Positions 8,796 to 19,566 of a DNA stretch of 64,000 bases are shown here, piece by piece. This DNA is from an uncultured Salipiger sp. (GTDB taxonomy: Bacteria > Pseudomonadota > Alphaproteobacteria > Rhodobacterales > Rhodobacteraceae): contig CAXICP010000001.1 of assembly GCA_964022595.1 (NCBI GenBank), positions 756-64,755 of the forward strand, read 5' to 3'. The notes under the pieces are model-generated. The model saw only the letters and a list, made by a program, of their open reading frames with translations, was not told the DNA's origin and did no database searches. Each line of letters opens with the position of its first letter. The stretch's first letter is position 1. The position numbers and the translations under genes are program-made.

Positions 8796-9467
8796 TCAGG
8801 GCAGGGGCCTGATCGCCGGGATCAGCGCCAGCGCCAGCGCGGCGGCGACAAAGCCGCCCAGGTGGGTTTCCCAGGCCAGCCCGCCCGCCTCGACCCAGGT
8901 GGCCAGGACATTCAGGGCCAGCACCGCCGCGCCGCGTTCGCCCGCCATGCGCAGGATGCGGGCGCGGGGCAGCCCCTGGCGTGACATCTGGTGCGCCTCG
9001 GCGGCGATCCAGGCGGCGATCAGCCCCATCAGCGCGCCCGAGGCGCCCACCATCGGGCGCGGGCTTGCGGTCAGCAGGCCGAATCCCAGCCCCCCGCCAA
9101 GCGCCGAGATCGCCAGCAGCGCCGCCAGCCGCGCCGCGCCGAAGCTGCGCCCGATCTGCTCGGACAGCCAGCCGAAGGCCAGCAGGTTGCCCGCCAGGTG
9201 CTGCCAGCCGGCGTGCAGGAACGGGTAGGTGGCGAACATCGCCAGCGGCTGGCCGGCATAGTTGGGCTGCCAGCCGTGCAGCAGGCCGGCCCAGAACCCG
9301 CCGTACTGATAGGCCAGAGGGCGCCACAGCGGGCTGCCCCACAGCCCCGCATCGGCCCCCGCCAGCGCCGCCTCGATCAGCGCGAAGACGGCCGCAAGGC
9401 CGATCCAGACCCGCCGCGCCCCGCTCATGCGGGCCGCCTCCGTTTCGGCCCGGGGCATGTCGTTCAT
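8796..9467 (-). CDS. Rhomboid-family intramembrane serine protease
   Basis: FLHAGWQHLAGN, VGASG catalytic Ser, AWETHLGG catalytic His; multiple TMs. Confidence 0.9.
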   Translation of the reverse strand: MNDMPRAETEAARMSGARRVWIGLAAVFALIEAALAGADAGLWGSPLWRPLAYQYGGFWAGLLHGWQPNYAGQPLAMFATYPFLHAGWQHLAGNLLAFGWLSEQIGRSFGAARLAALLAISALGGGLGFGLLTASPRPMVGASGALMGLIAAWIAAEAHQMSRQGLPRARILRMAGERGAAVLALNVLATWVEAGGLAWETHLGGFVAAALALALIPAIRPLP

Positions 9468-9480
9468 GCGGGTTTCGGCG

Positions 9481-11079
9481 TCATTCGGGGATGTAGCGGG
9501 GCAGGGATGGCAGCAGCTCGGCCATGAACCCCTGCAGCCGGGCCTCGGCCGCGGCTTCGGTTTCGCCGCGGCCCATGGGGGTGACGAAGCGCACCAGCGC
9601 CCCGTCGGCCCGCCCGCGCGTCAGCCCGTCCCAGACCACGCTTGCCTTGACCGCGTAATCGTTGGTCATGCGCCTGCCGCGCTGTTCGAACCAGTAATAG
9701 ACCATCTGTTTGGTCAGCCCCTTCTGGATCACCGCGCGGTTGACCATGAAATCGCCGTAGGCCGTGCCCGGCATGGTCACCGGCACCGTGTCCAGCGAGA
9801 ACATCTCCCAGCCGCCCACCGGCAGGCAGACCTCGGGCGAATGGATGCCCGCGCCCTCGGTCTGGGACAGGTAGAAGGCCGCGAAGAAGTTCACCGGCTG
9901 CGCGACCCCGGGGGCCGAATAGGTGACGTTGATGTAATCGGACGCCTTGAGCACATCGCGCGTGGCCTGGTCGAGCGACGAGAACAGCCCCCGCCATTGG
10001 CCGATCTCGCGCGGGAAATGGGCGAAGTTCTCGCGCACGATGCGTTCGCGCTCGGGCGGGGGGGCCAGCAGCCAGGCGGCCGAGACCGCCGTGGACAGCA
10101 GCGCCGCCGCCAGCAGCCCCGCGCTAAGCGGGATGCGCAGCACCCGCGCCGCCTGGTGGCCCAGCCCGTCGAAATCCAGATCGATGGTGTCGGCCAGCGT
10201 CTTGGGGTTGCGCGTGGTGCGCTGCAGGATCACCGCCAGCAGGAACAGCAGCGCCACGCAGGTGCCGAAGATCACCCAGCCTTCGAAGACATGCAGGAAA
10301 CCCTCGGCCTGCTCGATGCCGAAATGGTTCACCAGCACCCCGATCACCCCGATGCGGAAGGCGTTCATGAACACCGTCAGCGGTGCGGCGGTCGCGAACA
10401 GCAGCGCCTTGTGCCAGAACGGGCCGCGATACAGGATCGCGGTCAGGTAGCTGAACGACAGGATCGGGAACAGGTAGCGCAGCCCCGAACAGGCCTCGGC
10501 CACCTGCAGCTTGTAGACGCCCAGGTCGATCACGTTGCCTTCCAGGAACACCGGCACCTGCGCCAGCCTGATGAACCACACGCCCAGCTCGGAGCTGACC
10601 AGCTGCAGCGCGATGGTCAGGTGCCAGTACAGGAACTGCGGCAGCGGCAGCATGAACACCAGGTGCAGCACCGGCAGCTGGTGGCGGCGCCCGCGCTCCC
10701 AGCCCATCACCGTCAGCACCAGCCCGCCCACCCAGATGATGAACGCATAGGTCACCACGTCGGGAATGCGCACCAGGTTGCCAAGGATGCCCAGCCCCAG
10801 CCCCAGCCCGATCACCGCCAGCCCCGGCCAGCGCGTGACGGGCGCGCCCGGATCGCGCGGCGGGGCGTGGCGCAGCTCGCGCAGGAACAGGTAAAGCGAG
10901 ATCAGCGGGATCAGCGGCCCGTGGCTGTATTCGGGCGTCGACCAGGCGGCGGCCAGCGACTGGAAGCCCAGCCAGAACACCGGCAGCGCGGCAAGGACAA
11001 GCAGGGCGAAGGCGGCAACACCCGCGGGGGTGATGCCCTGCGTGGACAGAAGCCTGGAGGCGGTGGCGGAACTGGACAC
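9481..11079 (-). CDS. xrtD: VPLPA-CTERM-specific exosortase D with C-terminal EpsI domain
   Basis: [19 protein letters not shown] (Cys), NAFRIG (Arg), FLHVFEG (His), [11 protein letters not shown]; VPLPA substrate nearby; GTG start at 11079 inferred. Confidence 0.92.
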   Translation of the reverse strand: MSSSATASRLLSTQGITPAGVAAFALLVLAALPVFWLGFQSLAAAWSTPEYSHGPLIPLISLYLFLRELRHAPPRDPGAPVTRWPGLAVIGLGLGLGILGNLVRIPDVVTYAFIIWVGGLVLTVMGWERGRRHQLPVLHLVFMLPLPQFLYWHLTIALQLVSSELGVWFIRLAQVPVFLEGNVIDLGVYKLQVAEACSGLRYLFPILSFSYLTAILYRGPFWHKALLFATAAPLTVFMNAFRIGVIGVLVNHFGIEQAEGFLHVFEGWVIFGTCVALLFLLAVILQRTTRNPKTLADTIDLDFDGLGHQAARVLRIPLSAGLLAAALLSTAVSAAWLLAPPPERERIVRENFAHFPREIGQWRGLFSSLDQATRDVLKASDYINVTYSAPGVAQPVNFFAAFYLSQTEGAGIHSPEVCLPVGGWEMFSLDTVPVTMPGTAYGDFMVNRAVIQKGLTKQMVYYWFEQRGRRMTNDYAVKASVVWDGLTRGRADGALVRFVTPMGRGETEAAAEARLQGFMAELLPSLPRYIPE

Positions 11080-11234
11080 GGAACGGGACCCTTTGTCATC
11101 TCGGAAACGGGAAGGGGCCGGACTGACCCGGACCGCTTGCGGCATGGGCAAAGTCTAGCCGGTTGTGCCCTTCAGAGCGAGAGCCGAAGCGCGGCGCAAG
11201 CGCCGTGCAGATCACGCTTTCGCAGGCAGGCCCG

Positions 11235-12599
11235 TCAGTAACGCACGGAAAAGCTGCGCCCGATGCTGAGATACAAGTTATCCGAGCCGGCCCAGTCCGC
11301 ATCGTTCTCGCGCCGCTCGATGTGGCGGTACCCCGCGCCAAGGCTCCAGTCGTGCCCCAGCTGGTGGCTGATGCCGGCGCTGATCTCGCCCTGGCGATTC
11401 GACGTGTCGGTGTCGACGATCTCGTTCTGGACATAGGCCACCCCCAGGTCCAGCGAGGTAAGCCGGGTCAGCGGGCGCGACAGCGACAGCGCCGCATTGG
11501 TGTACATGGTTTCGCGGTCGTCGTCGTTGGCGGCATAGCCGTGGCCCAGCGATGCCGACACGTCGCCTTCCGGCAGGGACCGGTCCCAGTGCAGGGCGCC
11601 GCTCAGGCCCAGGTCGCCGTTGGTGGCCCGGGTCAGCCCGATCGAGGCGCGCGCCGATCCTTCGGGCAGCGGCTGCACCCAGCCCAGCCCGGCGGTGCTG
11701 CGGGTGCCGTCTTCGGTCTGGGTCAGCCGCACCGATGTCGACAGCGTGCCCCGGGGCAGGCTTCGGGCCAGGGCCAGGTTCATGGTCCAGGTGTCGCGTT
11801 GCCCGTCGCTGTCGTTGCGGAACTGGCTGTAGCCCAGCCCGCCGTCCAGCGTCAGGTCCGGCGCCAGCGCCAGCGACAAGAGCCCGCGCAGGCCGTAGCT
11901 GTCGCTGTCTTCCGAACTGGACCCGGCATCGGAATAGCGGATGCTGTGCACATTGGCGAACAGCCCCAGCTCGGCGGGCCCGTCGATGCCGAAACGCAGC
12001 GCCGCGTCGGCGCGGATGCGGCGCCGGGTGCCGGTTCCGTAGCGTTCGTCCAGGTCGACCACGGGGGTGTCATCGACGGTGTCGGTGTCGGTGTCGGTTT
12101 CCACGATCGTCAGGCCCAGCGATTCCAGGTACGAGATGTCCTCGACGTTGACGCCGATCCCGGTTTCGAAGCTGGCATCGCCGACCGAGCGCGCATAGCG
12201 CAGGTTGGCATAGGGGGATTCAAAGCCGAAATCCGTGCTGTCGACATCAAGCGGGGCATCGACCCGGCGCAGGCTGCCGCCAAAGCCCAGGGTCACCCGG
12301 TCAAGGCGCGTGCCGCTGGTCAGCACGAAGCCCAGGCCGGTGTTGCTGCGCAGGGTGGTGCCGTCGCTGTCGGGGTCCAGGGACGCGTTGGTCAGGCGTT
12401 CGAATCGCTGCGTCAGCGTGGCGCGCAGCTCGATGCCGCCGTCTTCCTGCGCGATCAGCGGCAGCGCGGGAATCATGACGGCGACCAGCAGGGCCGCTGC
12501 CGGCAGGCCGGCCCGCAGCGCCGGACGGGCGCGGGGGGCTTCGTTCTTGGCCTCGTGTCCGGCCTTCGGACAGGTCCGGACGCGGCGGGGGGTGCGCAT
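11235..12599 (-). CDS. Outer-membrane beta-barrel protein of EPS export locus
   Basis: Signal peptide, alternating amphipathic strands, C-terminal aromatic residue (..FSVRY); follows wza. Confidence 0.75.
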   Translation of the reverse strand: MRTPRRVRTCPKAGHEAKNEAPRARPALRAGLPAAALLVAVMIPALPLIAQEDGGIELRATLTQRFERLTNASLDPDSDGTTLRSNTGLGFVLTSGTRLDRVTLGFGGSLRRVDAPLDVDSTDFGFESPYANLRYARSVGDASFETGIGVNVEDISYLESLGLTIVETDTDTDTVDDTPVVDLDERYGTGTRRRIRADAALRFGIDGPAELGLFANVHSIRYSDAGSSSEDSDSYGLRGLLSLALAPDLTLDGGLGYSQFRNDSDGQRDTWTMNLALARSLPRGTLSTSVRLTQTEDGTRSTAGLGWVQPLPEGSARASIGLTRATNGDLGLSGALHWDRSLPEGDVSASLGHGYAANDDDRETMYTNAALSLSRPLTRLTSLDLGVAYVQNEIVDTDTSNRQGEISAGISHQLGHDWSLGAGYRHIERRENDADWAGSDNLYLSIGRSFSVRY

Positions 12600-12605
12600 G
12601 GTGAC

Positions 12606-13217
12606 TTACTCGAACAGGCGGCGCTGGGGCACCATGACCACGTCGCCGGGGGCCAGGCGCACCAGGCCGTTGGGGCTGCGCCCGGCCTGGATGTCCTCGT
12701 AGTTCAGCTTGTAGATGGTTTCGGTTCCGGTGCGCGGATCGACGCGGCGCAGCTGGATGCGCTTGAGCGCGGCAAAGCTGCTGAACCCGCCGACCTGGGC
12801 GAAAAGCTGCAGCACGGTGGTGCCGGGTTCGACCTCGACGCGGCCGGGATTGGCGGCCTCGCCCAGCACGTAGACGGTCATGGGTTCGATTTCCCGCTCG
12901 GGGATATCGGCCAGGGCGCTGATGCCGACGTAGACCGTGGGCTGCAGGGCGAAGCTGTCCGCCAGCGCCGACGCGATGTTGCGCTGCACCTGGCTGAGGG
13001 TCCGCCCGGCGGCGGGGATGCTGCCGGCCAGCGGCACCGACACGCGCCCGTCCGGCAGGACCAGAAGGTTCCGGTTCAGCGTGTCGTCCTCGAGCACCTC
13101 GAGGCGCAGCGTATCGCCGGGGCGAATGGCGTAATTTCCCTGGGCCTCGGCCTGGGCTGGGGCGATCAGCGCCAGCGCCGCAAGGCTCAGCACGATCAGG
13201 GCGCGGACAATCGACAT
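12606..13217 (-). CDS. wza: Polysaccharide export protein (short OPX/Wza, SLBB domain)
   Basis: YAIRPGDTLRLEV, VLPDGRVSVPLAG, VYVLGEA.NPG, LAPGDVVMVP. Confidence 0.9.
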   Translation of the reverse strand: MSIVRALIVLSLAALALIAPAQAEAQGNYAIRPGDTLRLEVLEDDTLNRNLLVLPDGRVSVPLAGSIPAAGRTLSQVQRNIASALADSFALQPTVYVGISALADIPEREIEPMTVYVLGEAANPGRVEVEPGTTVLQLFAQVGGFSSFAALKRIQLRRVDPRTGTETIYKLNYEDIQAGRSPNGLVRLAPGDVVMVPQRRLFE

Positions 13218-13338
13218 CTGGAAAACTCTCTGTTCAGGCTGCTCGGCTGCGAGCATAGGGCAGAATTACCGGCGTGCCGATCCAGTCAATGCGACAGGCC
13301 CGCCGCCCGTGCCCGCCGTGCAACAGGGCGGGGCGGGA

Positions 13339-15771
13339 TCAGAGCTGTTGCAGCGCTTCCAGCGCGCGGGTTTTCCAGGTGGCGTCGCCTTGCCCGGCCA
13401 TGTCCAGCGCGCGCTGCAGGGTCGCCCGCGCCTCTTCGGCGCGCCCCGCGGCGGTCAGGGCCACGCCCAGGTGGCCGGCGACGCTGGCTTCCTCGGGCAG
13501 GGCTTCGGCGGCGGGTTCCAGCTGTTCGATGGCGCCTTCGATATCGCCGCGCAGGTACAGGATCCAGCCCAGCGTGTCGCGGAAGGCGGGCACGTCGCTG
13601 CCGGTCAGGCGCCGCGCGATGGCATAGGCGCGTTCCAGGTCATCCGAAGAATCGCGGTAGTTCGACAGCATCGAGGCCAGGTTGTTGGCGACCACCACGT
13701 CCGAGCTTTGCTCGTCGTAAAGTTCTTCGTAAAGGGCGATGGCGTCTTCGTACTGTTCCTGCTTTTCCAGCCGGTAGGCTTCGAGAAGACGCAGGCGCCG
13801 GGACCGGGGCAGCACCTTGATGCTGTCCTCGACCAGCGATTCGGCTTCGGCCGTGCGGTCGGTGGCGCGCAGCAGCGCCTGCAGTTGCAGGATCGCCGGT
13901 TCGATGTCGGGCTGGCGCGACAGCAGGTCGCGGTAGATGGTCTCGGCCTGCTGCAGATCGCCCTGCAGGGCCAGGATGTTGGCGTTCAGCAGCTGCAGCG
14001 GGATGCTGTCGGGGCGCTTGGCAAGCTCGTCGTCGATGAAGCCGCGCGCCTCGTCGAACCGCCCCGTCAGGACCTGGGTGCGCACCAGCTGGATCACCGC
14101 GGCAAGATCGCCGCCGCCTTCGGTGTCGATCTGGGCGCGCAGGTAGTCCAGCCCCTCGTCGATGCGGTTCTGCCCCAGCAGGATGCCGCTTTGGTAGACG
14201 CGGGCAAGGTTGGCGGCCTGGGGGTCGTCGATGTCGCGCAGCGCGTCGATCACGCCCTGGGCCTGCGGCCATTTCTGCTGGCGCAGGTAGATTTCACCCA
14301 GCATGCCCAGGATCTCGACGTTCTGGGGGGCGCGCTGGCGGGCGCCGGTCAGCACGGTTTCCGCCTGTTGCAGCCGGTTGCGCGGAACCAGGAACCGCGC
14401 GTAGGCGACGGATTCCCGCGCGCCGTTTTCCGACACCTGCACCGCCATCGACAGTCGTTCCTGGGCCAGCCCCTCGGAGCCGTCGCGCAGGTAGGCATCG
14501 GCCATCAGCATCAGGATCGAGCTGTCGCGCGGCGCCTGGTCCAGCGCGGCGCGCAGATCGATCACCGCATCGCCCGGGCGGTCGTCGGCCACCAGCCAGG
14601 CGGCGCGCATCTTCAGGGCCTCGACCTGGCCGGGGTCTTCGGCAAGCACCTGTTCGACCTGCTCGCGCGCGCCGACCGGGTTGTCGCTGGCGGCCAGCAT
14701 CCGCGCCAGCATGATGCGGATGCGGCGGGTCTGGTCGCTGGCATCGGCGTCGTCCAGCACCGCGCGGATGGTGGCGATGGCGCCATTGCGATCGCCCCCG
14801 TCGAAATCGATCGAAGCGCGGATGGCGCGGTACAGATCCGCCGGGGCGCTGCCCTGCGCCGCCTCGATCAGCCCGTCCAGTTCGGCGCCGGCGGCCTCGG
14901 GGCCCTGGGTGCGGCGCAGCAGGTCGACCACGGTCAGGTTGCCGGTGGCATCGACGCCCGGCGCGCCCGCCTCGGCGCGCAGGAAGCTTTCGGCGCCGTC
15001 GAAATCCTGCCGGGCCAGATACCAGCGGATGAGATCGCCGCGGATTGCTTCGTTTTCGGGGAACAGCTCGTAAAGCTTGCGCAGCTGCGCGCCCAGATCC
15101 TCGGTGCGCCCCAGCCGCGCCAGAAGCTGGCCGCGCAGGACGTTGAATTCACCGGAATCGGGGGCGAATTTCAGCGCCTCGTCCACTTCGGCCAGCGCAG
15201 CCTCGCCGTCATCGGCCACCAGCAGCGAGTCGATCACCACGCGGCGCGCCGCCTGCTGGGCGGGGTCCTCGTTCAGCACGGCGCGGGCGTCGGCCACCGC
15301 CGCGCTCTGGCCTTCGCCGTCGCGCGCCAGCGCGGCGGCGCGCCAGTTCAGCGCGGCGGCGATGGCGCGGGTGCCGATGCGCGCCGGTTCCAGCGCGATG
15401 GCGGCCTCGCCGTGGCGGATCGCCTCTTCCCAGTCGCGCCGTTCCAGCGCGATGGTGGCCAGCGCCTCGCGCGCCTCGGCGACGTCGGGGTATTGTTCGA
15501 TCAGCCGCAGGTATTGCCCGTAGGCTTCCGAGCTGTTGCCCCGTTCCATCTGCAGCCGCGCATACAGCGCCCGGGCATCCTTGTGATACCCGTCATGGTT
15601 GAAGACGTTGCGCAGCTCGATCAGCGCGCGGTCCATGTCCTGCTGTTCAAGGTAGCCCAGGGCGGACTGGTAGAAACCCTCGGCCTTTTCCTCGTCGCTC
15701 TGGCATCCCGCAAGCAGAAAGACGGACAGTCCGAGGACAGGGATGAGGCGGAACATTCTGGTCATGGGCAA
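13339..15771 (-). CDS. Tetratricopeptide-repeat lipoprotein (PrsT-like)
   Basis: LLAGC lipobox, helical repeats throughout, terminal ANNLA..DTLGWILY TPR typical of exosortase loci. Confidence 0.85.
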   Translation of the reverse strand: MPMTRMFRLIPVLGLSVFLLAGCQSDEEKAEGFYQSALGYLEQQDMDRALIELRNVFNHDGYHKDARALYARLQMERGNSSEAYGQYLRLIEQYPDVAEAREALATIALERRDWEEAIRHGEAAIALEPARIGTRAIAAALNWRAAALARDGEGQSAAVADARAVLNEDPAQQAARRVVIDSLLVADDGEAALAEVDEALKFAPDSGEFNVLRGQLLARLGRTEDLGAQLRKLYELFPENEAIRGDLIRWYLARQDFDGAESFLRAEAGAPGVDATGNLTVVDLLRRTQGPEAAGAELDGLIEAAQGSAPADLYRAIRASIDFDGGDRNGAIATIRAVLDDADASDQTRRIRIMLARMLAASDNPVGAREQVEQVLAEDPGQVEALKMRAAWLVADDRPGDAVIDLRAALDQAPRDSSILMLMADAYLRDGSEGLAQERLSMAVQVSENGARESVAYARFLVPRNRLQQAETVLTGARQRAPQNVEILGMLGEIYLRQQKWPQAQGVIDALRDIDDPQAANLARVYQSGILLGQNRIDEGLDYLRAQIDTEGGGDLAAVIQLVRTQVLTGRFDEARGFIDDELAKRPDSIPLQLLNANILALQGDLQQAETIYRDLLSRQPDIEPAILQLQALLRATDRTAEAESLVEDSIKVLPRSRRLRLLEAYRLEKQEQYEDAIALYEELYDEQSSDVVVANNLASMLSNYRDSSDDLERAYAIARRLTGSDVPAFRDTLGWILYLRGDIEGAIEQLEPAAEALPEEASVAGHLGVALTAAGRAEEARATLQRALDMAGQGDATWKTRALEALQQL

Positions 15772-16146
15772 TCTTGCAATAAGTGTGCACCGGGCTGGCG
15801 GCGGACTGGTTATCAGAGGGAGGCGTCATAGGCCACCGCTTGGAAAGTGATCTACAGGAGATCGCTCTGCTATGTCGACCGAAACCACGGCACGCGCAGG
15901 GCCGTTCACGGCCATTTTCGCGGCAAAGTGCCTGCAGGGTGCATTCTGTTGTGGCGTAACGATTTCGCGACCATGGCACAGAGGTGATCCAGTTGCGACA
16001 AAGATGACCCCTGGCCCCGGGCCGAAGCGGCTGTTTCGTTGCTTCGGCGCTGGCCAGCCGCTAAGAAGAGCACCGCGAGGCATCGGCCCCGTTCGCGAAG
16101 CCGCGCGGACGGGCGTTTGCGATGTCTGCGAACCCCGGGTGACTTG

Positions 16147-17049
16147 ATGAACGAACTGCAACGCTATCTTGAGCATTTCGGCCTGAAGACGCGGCCGTTC
16201 TCGCTGGCTCCTGATCCAGGTTGCATCTACTGGTCCCCGGCGCATACCCGGGCCTGGACGATGCTGGAATACGGGGTGATGACCTGTGCCCCGGTGACGC
16301 TTGTCACAGGCGATGTGGGCGCGGGCAAGACCACGCTGCTGCGCCACCTGATCGAAAGCTCGGGGCCCGAACTGACCGTCGGGCTGGTGACCAACGCCCA
16401 CGGCAGCCGCGGCGAGCTGCTGCAATGGGTGCTGCAGGCGCTGGGGCTCGAATTCGGGTCCGGCGAAGGCTATGTCGCCCAGTTCGACCGGTTGCAGAAA
16501 TTCCTCATCGGCGAATACGCCGCCGGCCGCCGGGTGGTGCTGATCTTTGACGAGGCGCAGAACCTCAGCCGCGAATCGCTCGAAGAGCTGCGGATGCTGA
16601 CCAACATCAATTCGGGGCCGGACGAGCTGTTGCAGCTGGTGCTGGCCGGCCAGCCCGAACTGCGGGACATGGTGCGCCGCCCCGACATGACGCAATTCGC
16701 CCAGCGGGTGGCCGCGGCGGCGCATCTGGGCCCCATGTCCCCCGGCGAGGTGCGCGCCTACATCCGCCACCGCACCGAAGCGGCGGGGGGCGGCGCCGGG
16801 CTGTTCGACGACGCCGCGATCACCACGATCGCCAAGGTCACGCATGGCGTGCCGCGCCTGGTCAACCAGCTGGCCGAGATGGCGCTGCTTTATGCCTTCG
16901 CGGCAGAGCTGGAGACGGTCGATCACGACAACGTCCAGGCGATCCTGGACGATGACATGTTCTTCGGCGGGGAAAACGTGCCGGCCCCGCGCCTTGTCGA
17001 TCCCAGCCCGGGCGCGATGTGGCTGGGCAGCGAAAAAAGAGTGGACTGA
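16147..17049 (+). CDS. ExeA-like AAA ATPase (exosortase/EPS-associated)
   Basis: YLEHFGL..RPFSLAPDP, GDVGAGKTT, IFDEAQNL, LAGQPEL, GVPRLVN. Confidence 0.9.
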   Translation: MNELQRYLEHFGLKTRPFSLAPDPGCIYWSPAHTRAWTMLEYGVMTCAPVTLVTGDVGAGKTTLLRHLIESSGPELTVGLVTNAHGSRGELLQWVLQALGLEFGSGEGYVAQFDRLQKFLIGEYAAGRRVVLIFDEAQNLSRESLEELRMLTNINSGPDELLQLVLAGQPELRDMVRRPDMTQFAQRVAAAAHLGPMSPGEVRAYIRHRTEAAGGGAGLFDDAAITTIAKVTHGVPRLVNQLAEMALLYAFAAELETVDHDNVQAILDDDMFFGGENVPAPRLVDPSPGAMWLGSEKRVD

Positions 17050-17054
17050 CGCGC

Positions 17055-18626
17055 ATGGACCTGAGTTTCTACTGGCGCAGCTTCCTGCGACGCCTGCCCT
17101 TGCTGATGCTCTTCGTCGTCATCGGGGGGGGCGCGGGGCTGTATTTCGCGGCGACCCTGCCCCCGGTCTACGAATCCGGCGCCCGCATGATCGTCGAGGC
17201 GGAACAGATCCCCGACGAGCTGGCCGCCTCGACCGTGCGCACCGACGCCGCCGAGCAGATATCGATCATCGAACAGCGCATCCTCACCCGCGAGGTGCTG
17301 CTCGAACTTGCCAACCGGATGACCATCTACAGCGGCGAAGACGCGCAGATGTCGGCTTCGGACAAGGTGGCGGACCTGCGCGACCGCATCGTGATCGGGC
17401 TGTCGGGGGGCGGGCGCAACGCCATGCTGGTCAACGTCAGCTTCCGCGATTCCGATGCCCAGCGGGCGGCGCGCGTCACCAACGAGATCGTGACGCTGAT
17501 CCTTAGCGAGAACGTGCGGATGCGGACCACCGTGTCCGGCCAGACGCTGGAATTCTTCACCCAGGAAGTCGACCGCCTGGGCCAGGAAATGTCGCGCCTG
17601 TCGGCCCGGATGCTGGCCTTCCAGGAACAGAACCTTGATGCGCTGCCCGACAGCCTGGATTTCCGCCGCACGCAGCAGGCATCGCTGCAGGAACGGCTGA
17701 CGCAGCTTAACCGCGAAGAGCAAAGCCTTGAAGACCGGCGCACGCGGCTGATCGACCTGTTCGAGAACACCGGCAGCGTGCCGGATGCCGAAATCGGCAG
17801 CGCGGCCACCGCCGAAATGCAGCAGCTGGCGCAGCTGCGGCGCGATTATGCCAACGCCCGGGTGGTGCTGGCCGAAACGAACCCGCGCCTTGAACTGATG
17901 AAGGCGCGGATCACGGCGCTGGAACAGACGGTGGTCGAACAGCAGGCCGCGGCGGACCAGCGCGATGCCGATGCCCCCGAGGGGGCCGCCCCGCCCAGCC
18001 CGTTCGAAATTCAGCTGGCCGACATCGAAAGCCAGATCTCGGACATCCAGCGCCGCCGGCAGGAACTTGAAACGCGGATGGACGATCTGGCCGACACGAT
18101 CGGCCGGACGCCGGGCAATTCCGTCACGCTGGACGCGATGCAGCGCGACTATGCCAACCTGCAGGCCCAGTACAACCGGGCGGTGGCGAACCAGGCGCGG
18201 GCCGAAACCGGCGACATGATCGAAGCCCTGTCAAAGGGCCAGCGCATCACCCTTGTCGAACAGGCCATCGCGCCGCGCGAACCGGTCAGCCCGAACCGCC
18301 CGGTGCTCATGGCGGGGGGCGTCGGCGCGGGGCTGGTGCTGGGCATGGCGCTGATCGCGCTGTTCGAGCTGCTCAACGGCACGGTGCGCCGCCCCTCCGA
18401 GATCACCGCGAAGCTTGGCATCGAGGCGCTGGCGACGGTGCCCTACATCCATACCCGCGACCAGGTGCTGCGCCGCCGCAGGGCGGCCCTGGGCACGACG
18501 GCGGTGATCGTGTTGCTGGTGGGCGGCGGGCTGTGGCTGATCGACAGCCAGGTCATGCCGCTGGGCCAGGCCTTCGATATGGTCATCGCCCGCGCCCGCA
18601 ACGCGCTTGGCGCACTGCAATCCTGA
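17055..18626 (+). CDS. Polysaccharide co-polymerase (GumC/Wzz-type, kinase domain separate)
   Basis: N-terminal TM, long coiled coil, P..PVSPNRP motif, C-terminal TMs. Confidence 0.88.
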   Translation: MDLSFYWRSFLRRLPLLMLFVVIGGGAGLYFAATLPPVYESGARMIVEAEQIPDELAASTVRTDAAEQISIIEQRILTREVLLELANRMTIYSGEDAQMSASDKVADLRDRIVIGLSGGGRNAMLVNVSFRDSDAQRAARVTNEIVTLILSENVRMRTTVSGQTLEFFTQEVDRLGQEMSRLSARMLAFQEQNLDALPDSLDFRRTQQASLQERLTQLNREEQSLEDRRTRLIDLFENTGSVPDAEIGSAATAEMQQLAQLRRDYANARVVLAETNPRLELMKARITALEQTVVEQQAAADQRDADAPEGAAPPSPFEIQLADIESQISDIQRRRQELETRMDDLADTIGRTPGNSVTLDAMQRDYANLQAQYNRAVANQARAETGDMIEALSKGQRITLVEQAIAPREPVSPNRPVLMAGGVGAGLVLGMALIALFELLNGTVRRPSEITAKLGIEALATVPYIHTRDQVLRRRRAALGTTAVIVLLVGGGLWLIDSQVMPLGQAFDMVIARARNALGALQS

Positions 18627-18636
18627 AGGAGCTCGC

Positions 18637-19449
18637 ATGGAACGTATCCAGGCCGCGATTGCCAAGGCGCGTGCATCCCGCAACGCCACGACCCCGGCCG
18701 TGTCGCACCGGTCCGCCGGGCGCACCGCCGCGCCCACCTGGGACGCGCTGCCCCGGCATGCGCCAGAGCGCGCGCAGATGGAACGCATGCGCCTGGTCGG
18801 CGGGACCGAGACAAGCCACCAGGACGATTTCGCCGCCTTCGACGTGCTGCGCACCCGGGTGCTCAAGCTGATGCGGACCAATGGCTGGAAGCGGCTGGCG
18901 ATCACCTCGCCCACGGCGGGCTGCGGCAAAAGCACCATGGCGCTGAACCTCGGGTTCAGCATGACCCGGCGCGACGACGTCTCGGCCGTGCTGATCGAAG
19001 CGGACCTGCGCCGGCCCAGCCTGGCGGCAAAGATCGGGCTGAAGCGGGCGCAGGATGTCAGCAAGGTGCTGCGCGGCGAGGCAGAGCTGGCCGACAACGC
19101 CTGCCTGCTGAACGACCGCTTCGCCATCTCGACCAGCAAGGGGCCGCGCCCCAACCCGTCCGACCTGCTGCAATCGCCGCGCTGCGGGCAGGCGCTGGAC
19201 CTGATCGAAGACACCTACGCGCCCACGCTGATGCTGTTCGACACGCCGCCGCTGCGGGTCGGGGATGACACCATCGGCTTTCTGCAGCACGTGGATTGCG
19301 TCATCCTGGTCGCCGCGGCCGAACATAGCACCATCAAGGACATCGACACGTCCGAGCGCGAGATCGCGGCCCATGCCAACGTGCTGGGCGTGGTCCTGAA
19401 CAAGTGCAATTTCCCCGAGGAAAAATACGGCTACAGCTATTATTCGTGA
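18637..19449 (+). CDS. CpsD/CapB-family tyrosine kinase
   Basis: ITSPTAGCGKST, EADLRRP, FDTPP, GVVLN, C-terminal YGYSYYS cluster; AAGGAG RBS. Confidence 0.92.
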   Translation: MERIQAAIAKARASRNATTPAVSHRSAGRTAAPTWDALPRHAPERAQMERMRLVGGTETSHQDDFAAFDVLRTRVLKLMRTNGWKRLAITSPTAGCGKSTMALNLGFSMTRRDDVSAVLIEADLRRPSLAAKIGLKRAQDVSKVLRGEAELADNACLLNDRFAISTSKGPRPNPSDLLQSPRCGQALDLIEDTYAPTLMLFDTPPLRVGDDTIGFLQHVDCVILVAAAEHSTIKDIDTSEREIAAHANVLGVVLNKCNFPEEKYGYSYYS

Positions 19450-19509
19450 CCCCTGCGCCCCCTTCGGGGGGCGCTGGCGGCAGGGGCTGCGCGGCATGAA
19501 GCACGCATG

Positions 19510-19535
19510 AAAAAAGGGGCCTTGCGGCCCCTTTT
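19510..19535. terminator. Bidirectional intrinsic terminator between convergent genes
   Basis: AAAAAAGGGGCC-ttgc-GGCCCCTTTT. Confidence 0.75.
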
Positions 19536-19566
19536 CCAGATCTTGATGCGTCGCGCGCTGGCCGGA

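Noticed and set aside
12076-12099. GTCGGT hexamer repeat as contingency locus
   Set aside because: In-frame Thr-Asp loop in the barrel; length change would not shift frame
11163-15831. Long plus-strand ORFs (885 and 840 aa) and similar ones at 55-1338, 21581-23803, 33156-35558 and 41481-44159
   Set aside because: Antisense shadows of real genes in high-GC DNA, with no recognisable motifs
15772-16146. Sigma-54 promoter expected for PEP-CTERM loci
   Set aside because: TGGCAC is present but has no correctly spaced TTGC; no activator gene in the window
16147-17049. Type II secretion system
   Set aside because: Lone ExeA-like ATPase is a usual member of exosortase/EPS loci; no gsp genes
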